Of a stretch of 64,000 nucleotides of DNA, positions 61,321 through 64,000 are shown in pieces. The DNA is from an uncultured Bacteroidales bacterium (GTDB lineage Bacteria > Bacteroidota > Bacteroidia > Bacteroidales > VadinHA17). The notes under the pieces were generated by a model. It saw only the letters and a list, made by a program, of their open reading frames with translations, made no database searches and was not told where the DNA came from. Made by a program: the position numbers and the translations under genes. The stretch spans positions 196,251 through 260,250 of the forward strand of contig CAVSSR010000006.1 in the NCBI GenBank assembly GCA_963730615.1, read 5' to 3'. Each line of letters begins with the position of its first letter. Positions within the stretch are counted from its first letter, which is position 1.

Positions 61321-61635
61321 CCGGCGGTATGGGTCAGTTGCCGCAGCATCGCGGTGGCACGCCTGCCCCGCATCGAACGCAGTGAAGGTCGGGGTGTTTT
61401 TGCACGCGTGGTGCGGTGAAGGATTATGCAGTTAGTAGTTTATTTTCGCGTTGGTAAAAACCGTGACACCAGGAGGGAGTGCCCCGCGGGAGCGGGGCCG
61501 GCCGGCTGGTTTTTGCCCGGCGGCTTTAGCCGCTAAGCCGGGCCGATAAAGCACCAACTGGTTTTTGGTGTTCCGGTCTGGCGGATCGGCGCGCAAAAAC
61601 CAGTCGCGGCAATTGCATATACCGACCTGTTAGGG
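61321..61635 (-). repeat. attC-like element, expanded form (315 bp), between the hemerythrin and GH78 cassettes
   Basis: GTACAAC (61321-27) ... GTTAGGG (61629-35). The left arm GGCGGTATGGGTCAGTTGCCGC pairs with the right arm GCGGCAATTGCATATACCGACC. The interior is collinear with element 62739-62983 plus an extra GC-rich nested-hairpin block. Confidence 0.6.
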
Positions 61636-61759
61636 GTAGTGATGTATTCTTTCACACTTATCATTCATCAGCAATCTTACCATCAGATTTATTATTATGC
61701 CAGCCAAACCAGCTATTGGGATAAAAAAAGTTTGTCGCCGAACGCTAGCTGGGAATGCT

Positions 61760-62395
61760 TTACTCCAGCGTTGGAATACGCCTTATCAACTCGGCCCAGT
61801 CATTGCCGATTGCCTTTTGAATAAGCAATTTTGCTTGATCGAATGCCGGAGGAGGCATCAGCATTTGCCAAATAAGGGTCATGTTCTCACGGTCATTGTG
61901 GTCAATCAAGGGATATAACCAGGCAACAAGCTCCGGAAAGCGTTCCTGTGGTATTTGATTTGCCATGATACCGACTGCCTTACCCTGATCAGCCATGGAT
62001 ACGCGTTCTCTCATTAAACGATACAAATGTGCATCTTCCTTTCCTAAGTGTATATCGAGATGGAACTTGAATGCTGCTGTTGCGCGTGCCGTTGCCAATA
62101 CATCATTTGCAGAAACTGCGGTATTCAGGGCATTGAATGCAGCATCCAGACCACGGTGATCTCTCTCATATGCCTCTGCGACCAAGGGCGCAACGATTTC
62201 AACCGTCGGGAAGACGGACAATTCCTCGCCATGAGCATGCCAGGCAAGCACTTCATTAAAGAAGCGGAAGCGCTCTATTGTCGGTATGAATTCATTATTC
62301 CCGCGTGCAGATTCGAGTGCTGCTAAGTCAATCCGGGTCATGTCGAGTCGGAAAGCATTGTGAAATGCCATAATTGCATCAAGTGGTTCTGCCAT
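61760..62395 (-). CDS. hemerythrin (HHE cation-binding) domain protein
   Basis: 211-aa intact ORF with two hemerythrin-like half-sites: AFHNAFRLDM...WHAHGEEL and FKFHLDIHLGKEDAHLY. Confidence 0.75.
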   Translation of the reverse strand: MAEPLDAIMAFHNAFRLDMTRIDLAALESARGNNEFIPTIERFRFFNEVLAWHAHGEELSVFPTVEIVAPLVAEAYERDHRGLDAAFNALNTAVSANDVLATARATAAFKFHLDIHLGKEDAHLYRLMRERVSMADQGKAVGIMANQIPQERFPELVAWLYPLIDHNDRENMTLIWQMLMPPPAFDQAKLLIQKAIGNDWAELIRRIPTLE

Positions 62396-62548
62396 TTTAT
62401 GATCTCCTTTTACTTTAAATTTATATTAATATTTATGATAGATTGATCTTGTAAAGATATACAAGGGAGTTGTTTCGGTTTTTATCAAAGTTATTATCAC
62501 CTCTTTCGACTTTCTTATTTTTTCCTACCCGCTTACCAAAAGCTTTGC

Positions 62549-62564
62549 TGACGTGAATACGTCA
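62549..62564. promoter_or_regulatory. perfect 6-4-6 palindrome TGACGT-GAAT-ACGTCA in the 343-nt ORF-free leader of the hemerythrin gene (candidate operator)
   Basis: The palindrome is read directly from the sequence and lies about 155-170 nt upstream of the hemerythrin ATG (62395). No cognate regulator is identified. Confidence 0.25.
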
Positions 62565-62738
62565 TAAGTGTAACAGCATAGCACTGTAATTCTGGCAAAG
62601 CCTTCAATGAATTTGTTAATCCTTTTATTCTAAAGCGTTTGATCCTTTATAGGCTCTCTATCTTTTAATAATCTTCCGTTAAAGACCTCGTAATCCGACA
62701 AAATAATAAGCGTACATTGCCGATTCTTATATCATTAC

Positions 62739-62983
62739 CCCTAACGTTCCGGCGGTATGTGCATGTTGCCGCAGCATCGCGGTGGCACGTGTTTTTGCAC
62801 TCGTGGTGCGGTGCAGGATTATGATGTTGTCTGTCTATTCTCGCGTTGACAAAAACCGTGACACCAGGAGGGAGTTCCCCGGTGGTGCCGGGGGCAGCCT
62901 GTGACGCCAGCCACAATACGGTCCTCTTTAGTCATAAAGTTCTCGCGGCACAGAAGGCAATGACCTATACCGACCTGTTAGGC
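62739..62983 (-). repeat. attC-like element (245 bp) between higA and the hemerythrin cassette
   Basis: CCCTAAC (62739-45) ... GTTAGGC (62977-83). The higA stop codon lies inside the box. The arms CCGGCGGTAT / ATACCGACC and TTGCC / GGCAA pair. A central hairpin CCCCGG-TGGTG-CCGGGG lies at 62887-62904. Confidence 0.6.
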
Positions 62984-63277
62984 TGCGTGTTGTTTTGCTT
63001 TCTTAATGCTCTTAAACTCGTCCTTTTTGGTCTTCTTTTCTTCTTCTATATCGTAATCATTCTGAAGTCCGAGCCAGAATTTTGCAGAATTACCAAAATA
63101 GTAACTGAGCCTGAGTGCAGTATCAGCGGTTATTCTTCTTGCACCCTTTATTATCTCAGAAGTTCTTGTCTGAGGAATTCCAATGTCCTTTGATAATCTA
63201 TAAGCAGAAATACTCATAGGCTTCAGGAATTCTTCAAGTAGTACTTCTCCGGGGTGTATGTTTTGTAAAGTTTCCAT
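62978..63277 (-). CDS. higA: HigA-family antitoxin (XRE helix-turn-helix)
   Basis: 99-aa intact ORF. IHPGEVLLEEFLKPMSISAYRLSKDIGIPQTRTSEIIKGARRITADTALRLSYYFGNSAKFWLGLQNDYD is the canonical HigA/VapI pattern. Its TAA lies inside the GCCTAAC box of the next repeat. Confidence 0.85.
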   Translation of the reverse strand: METLQNIHPGEVLLEEFLKPMSISAYRLSKDIGIPQTRTSEIIKGARRITADTALRLSYYFGNSAKFWLGLQNDYDIEEEKKTKKDEFKSIKKAKQHAA

Positions 63278-63282
63278 GTCTC

Positions 63283-63567
63283 TTATTTATGATAGTCAAT
63301 AATTGTAACCTCACTTGCTAGTCCATCATCCCAATTAAATGTTATTCTCCATTGGTCATTAATGCGAATGCTATAAAGGTTATTCATTTTACCGCTCAAC
63401 TTCTCTAACTTATTGGAAGGAGGGACTCTGAGATCATTAAGGTTTTGAGAGTTATTTAACATTCTTAGTTTTCTCCTGCCAATCATTTGGACCTCTGGAG
63501 GCATGTTTTTTACTCGTTCGCCATGCCATATTTTCTCTGTCCCTTTTGACCCAAATGAAGTAATCAT
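63283..63567 (-). CDS. higB: HigB-type toxin (RelE/ParE superfamily, plasmid maintenance system killer)
   Basis: 94-aa intact ORF, placed toxin-first 5 nt upstream of higA. The motifs are IGRRKLRMLNNSQNLNDLRVPPSNKLEKLSG and YSIRINDQWRITF. Confidence 0.85.
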   Translation of the reverse strand: MITSFGSKGTEKIWHGERVKNMPPEVQMIGRRKLRMLNNSQNLNDLRVPPSNKLEKLSGKMNNLYSIRINDQWRITFNWDDGLASEVTIIDYHK

Positions 63568-63642
63568 ATTACGTCTAGCGTTACTAACGGCAAAAGTAAG
63601 TATTTATTATCTAATATGCAAGCGATTTTAGTTTGACATGCA

Positions 63643-63770
63643 GCCTAACGGCTGCGTGTATGAAACGTTTGGCATTTCGAAGCACTTTCCTATCAGCTAC
63701 AACTACTTTAAATGAGCTATACCGCTTGATAAAGCACTGACTGCCAAATGTTTTATACACGATGTTGTGT
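63643..63770 (-). repeat. attC-like imperfect palindrome (128 bp) upstream of the higBA cassette
   Basis: On the plus strand GCCTAAC (63643-49) ... GTTGTGT (63764-70). On the coding strand these are ACACAAC ... GTTAGGC. Positions 63655-63674 pair with 63742-63761 over 20 consecutive positions, with only two G-T mismatches. There is an asymmetric internal loop between the box and the stem. Confidence 0.7.
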
Positions 63771-64000
63771 CGTCGTGCATTTTTTTAATCCATGTCAATA
63801 CTTTCCTTTAATACAACCGTTTTGTTCAATCGCTGTTTTACCAACTTTATATTAGAACATAAAAATATAGCCGGTGTTATTCATAAAATTTACGAATGAC
63901 TCTAACGACTAATCAATAGGTTTAATGAAATTCATCAACTCTCTGTCGTGGTTATATACAATTCTGCATTCATTATCAAAATACATTGTAGCACCGTTTT

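Larger units (their letters stand above)
51008..64000 (-). mobile_element. integron-type gene-cassette array (attC-like repeat after each ORF; no integrase in the window, array runs off the right edge)
   Basis: There are 12 or more consecutive units of one minus-strand ORF (or the higBA pair), each followed by an imperfect palindrome bounded by ..AAC (at the stop codon) and GTT.. boxes. ORFs are small and functionally unrelated, and visibly more AT-rich than the repeats. See the findings and the individual repeat features. Confidence 0.6.

Noticed and set aside
61440-61640. A GC-rich, highly structured block considered as a tRNA or other known ncRNA gene
   Set aside because: I could draw no cloverleaf or recognisable Rfam-type architecture. 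The block lies inside a repeat copy whose ends align with the other elements, so it is reported only as an unexplained insertion.
52200-63800. Repeated intergenic elements considered as a CRISPR array
   Set aside because: The repeats are 64-315 bp, imperfect, internally palindromic and of variable length. They are separated by 0.3-2.4 kb protein-coding ORFs rather than 25-40 bp spacers. No cas genes are present.
52200-63800. The same repeats considered as MITEs or REP/BIME-type elements inserted at random in intergenic regions
   Set aside because: The repeats occur once after every ORF and always in the same orientation. The AAC box abuts or contains the stop codon, and I saw no flanking target-site duplications. 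The gene content (small unrelated ORFs plus a TA pair) fits cassettes. This cannot be fully excluded without genome-wide copy distribution.
1-64000. Integron integrase, transposase or other recombinase gene
   Set aside because: No ORF in any frame shows tyrosine or serine recombinase or DDE motifs. The array therefore cannot be called a complete integron from this window.

Overview
The window is a 64-kb stretch coded almost entirely on the minus strand. It looks like a Bacteroidota-type chromosome or MAG contig; this is inference from many lipoprotein signals (LxxC), GH95/GH97/GH78-type glycosidases and Tat/AKR/PD40-type periplasmic proteins. No rRNA, tRNA, CRISPR, transposase or integrase gene was seen.

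The left ~38 kb is core-like. It holds a nagA-ROK-MFS amino-sugar operon and a long respiratory operon: HMA copper chaperone, NrfC-like Fe-S protein, NrfD-like membrane protein, cytochrome c/DoxX fusion, Sco, caa3-type coxI-III-IV-II and heme O synthase. It also holds prolyl oligopeptidase, serA, GH95, GH97, an ABC exporter and assorted hydrolases.

The main finding is on the right. From about 51 kb (possibly 46.7 kb) to the window edge, the sequence is organised like an integron gene-cassette array. Each unit is a single small unrelated minus-strand ORF, or in one case a higBA toxin-antitoxin pair. Each ORF is followed by an imperfect palindromic repeat. On the coding strand the outer boxes of that repeat read ...AAC next to or overlapping the stop codon, and GTT... 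before the next ORF. These attC-like elements are unusually long (about 64-315 bp), GC-rich and modular, and carry a covarying central hairpin. No intI gene is in the window; if one exists it should lie beyond 64000.

A second pervasive feature is that at least 20 genes have reading frames broken by 1-nt indels, clustered at 17.1-19.6 kb. Several breaks sit at homopolymers. I interpret this as more likely assembly error than true pseudogenisation, but it needs read-level checking. All functional calls come from motif recognition in the translated ORFs; no database search was run.
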